Source: a virus
Taxonomy: Duplodnaviria > Caudoviricetes
IMG/VR virus record: IMGVR_UViG_3300012943_000056
Location: 1-25,543 of that record
DNA length: 25,543 nucleotides
Strand: one strand, 5' to 3'
The notes under the pieces are model-generated. The model searched no databases. It saw only the letters and a program-made list of their open reading frames with translations, and was not told the origin of the DNA. Position numbers and translations under genes: made by a program. Within the stretch, counting starts at the first letter, position 1, and each line of letters opens with the position of its first letter. Shown here piece after piece: positions 24,214-25,543 of this stretch.

Positions 24214-24379
24214 TTGTGGAAGTAAGCTTAGAAGCAGCTACCTTTAATGAGTGACCCGCTGAAACGGTCTGTCGTGCATGACACTCCAAAGTAGGACGGA
24301 TTGTAGCCACGACGATCGGCGGCGGCCGCCGCGTTCGATCGCACGATGCTAGCGTCTTCGGCGTAACAGCACACCACAA
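24214..24379 (+). ncRNA. 23S rRNA L11-binding domain (H43/H44) mimic with ~107-nt insertion
   Basis: GCTTAGAAGCAGC..TTTAATGAGT and GCGTAACAGCACAC match 23S nt ~1055-1104; closed by TTGTGG/CCACAA. Confidence 0.75.
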
Positions 24380-24389
24380 TTCATTTCAT

Positions 24390-24460
24390 GGCATGGTCCT
24401 GATACCGCTCGTATCCACATGCGGGTTCAGATGGCGCGGATACCGCCTACAGTGCCGCCA
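24390..24460 (+). ncRNA. 71-nt CCA-terminated RNA with complementary (kissing) loops
   Basis: GGCAT/GTGCC stem plus GCCA; loops GTATCC (24411-16) and GGATAC (24438-43). Confidence 0.55.
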
Positions 24461-24464
24461 ATTT

Positions 24465-24556
24465 GGAGACGTGGGAGAGCCTGGTTTAATCCGCAACCCT
24501 GGAAAGGTTGTTGGCCCGCAAGGGCCACGTGAGTTCGAATCTCACCGTCTCCGCCA
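24465..24556 (+). tRNA. tRNA-Ser(GGA)
   Basis: CAACC-CT GGA AA-GGTTG, long V arm, GCCA. Confidence 0.93.
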
Positions 24557-24586
24557 TTTACAAGTCGGGCATCGATGTGATATAAT
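24557..24586 (+). promoter_or_regulatory. sigma70-like promoter
   Basis: TTTACA-18 nt-TATAAT directly after the tRNA CCA. Confidence 0.6.
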
Positions 24587-24610
24587 CTTCTCACTTATTG
24601 GGAGGATGAC

Positions 24611-25207
24611 ATGCACGATACCCCTTTGTTCTGGGCCACTATGGCATTAGTCGGCGCGACCTTGATTCTTGCGGGTGTTGCTGCCTGGGGCCTGATCTAT
24701 ACACCGAAGCAGGCTGAATCTGATCGTCAGAACGAAAGATGGATGCGAGCACTTAGTGTTATCTCCTTCTATAACTTTGGTTTTGGATCAAAGGTTCCAT
24801 TGGAGTGGTCATCAGAGATTCACAACCTAGCCTTGTTACGGGATGTCAACATCAATCAGCTCAAGGATGCACTGCTCAGGCGCATTGCCGAGATGCCAAC
24901 TCAGGGACTTGCTCCTGTCATAGGGGCTCATGAAAATCTAATACGGGCATTGGCTAACAGATTGGCTGTCGATCCGATTCCATTCTTACATGTCTATCAA
25001 CCGCAGCATCTCGCGGATCGTGAAAAGCAAATTGACGCGGCCCTTGCGGCTATACCCTCTATGAGTCTTGGCGCCAGAGCTTCATTGGCTATGCTAGGTC
25101 TTGTGAAGAAGGTGCAGGCCAATGAAGATGGCTTTGGTGAACTGGTTGAGGCTGGGTTAGACGAAGTGAAAAAACTCGATGAATTTATTGCGGCTACGAA
25201 AAAATGA
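24611..25207 (+). CDS. AT-richer membrane-anchored hypothetical protein (198 aa)
   Basis: SD GGAGG; N-terminal TM; many A/T-ending codons. Confidence 0.7.
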   Translation: MHDTPLFWATMALVGATLILAGVAAWGLIYTPKQAESDRQNERWMRALSVISFYNFGFGSKVPLEWSSEIHNLALLRDVNINQLKDALLRRIAEMPTQGLAPVIGAHENLIRALANRLAVDPIPFLHVYQPQHLADREKQIDAALAAIPSMSLGARASLAMLGLVKKVQANEDGFGELVEAGLDEVKKLDEFIAATKK

Positions 25208-25395
25208 CAGAGCCCAGCTACTGCTGCAACACCTGCTACGAGAAGTCTGTAGCGCGTGACATGTTCGCCGACATGTTCGGCCGCCGCATGATCCTGTGCC
25301 CGACGTGCGGCAACAAGCGTTGCCCGAAGGCGACGGACCACGGCAACACCTGCACGAACAGCAACGAGCCAGGACAGGTCGGCTCGAATTACTAA
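25204..25395 (+). CDS. small Cys-rich (Zn-binding) protein (63 aa)
   Basis: CCNTC..CPTCGNKRCPKATDH..C; ATGA overlap with upstream gene. Confidence 0.8.
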   Translation: MTEPSYCCNTCYEKSVARDMFADMFGRRMILCPTCGNKRCPKATDHGNTCTNSNEPGQVGSNY

Positions 25396-25398
25396 TTT

Positions 25399-25488
25399 GG
25401 AGACGTGGGGGAGCGGTTTATCCCAGAACTTTGCTAAAGTTCCGGTCCCGAGAGGGACCCGTGAGTTCGAATCTCACCGTCTCCGCCA
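25399..25488 (+). tRNA. tRNA-Ser(GCT)
   Basis: GAACT-TT GCT AA-AGTTC, long V arm, GCCA. Confidence 0.93.
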
Positions 25489-25493
25489 ACTTT

Positions 25494-25543
25494 GGAAGCG
25501 TGGCAGAGCCCGGTTTATTGCACCTGTCTCGAAAGCAGGAGAC
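25494..25543 (+). tRNA. tRNA-Ser(CGA), truncated by window end
   Basis: GGAAGCG-TG-GCAGAGCCCGGTTTATTGC-A-CCTGT-CT CGA AA-GCAGG. Confidence 0.8.

Overview
A segment of a large, GC-rich T4-superfamily (jumbo-type) myophage genome, almost entirely + strand. 1-7.4 kb holds accessory genes: a HEXXH-peptidase/vWA (CobT-like) protein, a TPM-like/LemA-like membrane pair, a small vWA protein and an MBD4-like DNA glycosylase. 7.4-15.6 kb is a late structural block (gp13-, gp14- and gp15-like proteins, a lytic transglycosylase, tail sheath) with ATAAATA-type late promoters. At 15.7 kb is an RF1-type release factor that lacks domain 1 and has an in-frame UGA at a normally Trp codon. From 17.0 kb to the window end runs a tRNA/ncRNA array: about 22 tRNA genes, a circularly permuted two-piece tmRNA, several anticodon-less tRNA mimics, pseudoknotted spacer RNAs, an RNA copying the 23S rRNA L11-binding domain (H43/H44), and a few inserted CDSs. 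The best candidate for a new system is a 34-codon leader ORF with attenuator-like alternative hairpins just upstream of the array, whose codons match the array's anticodons. It may be a tRNA-depletion sensor that switches on a translation-rescue locus. All calls are from manual reading; no database searches were run.
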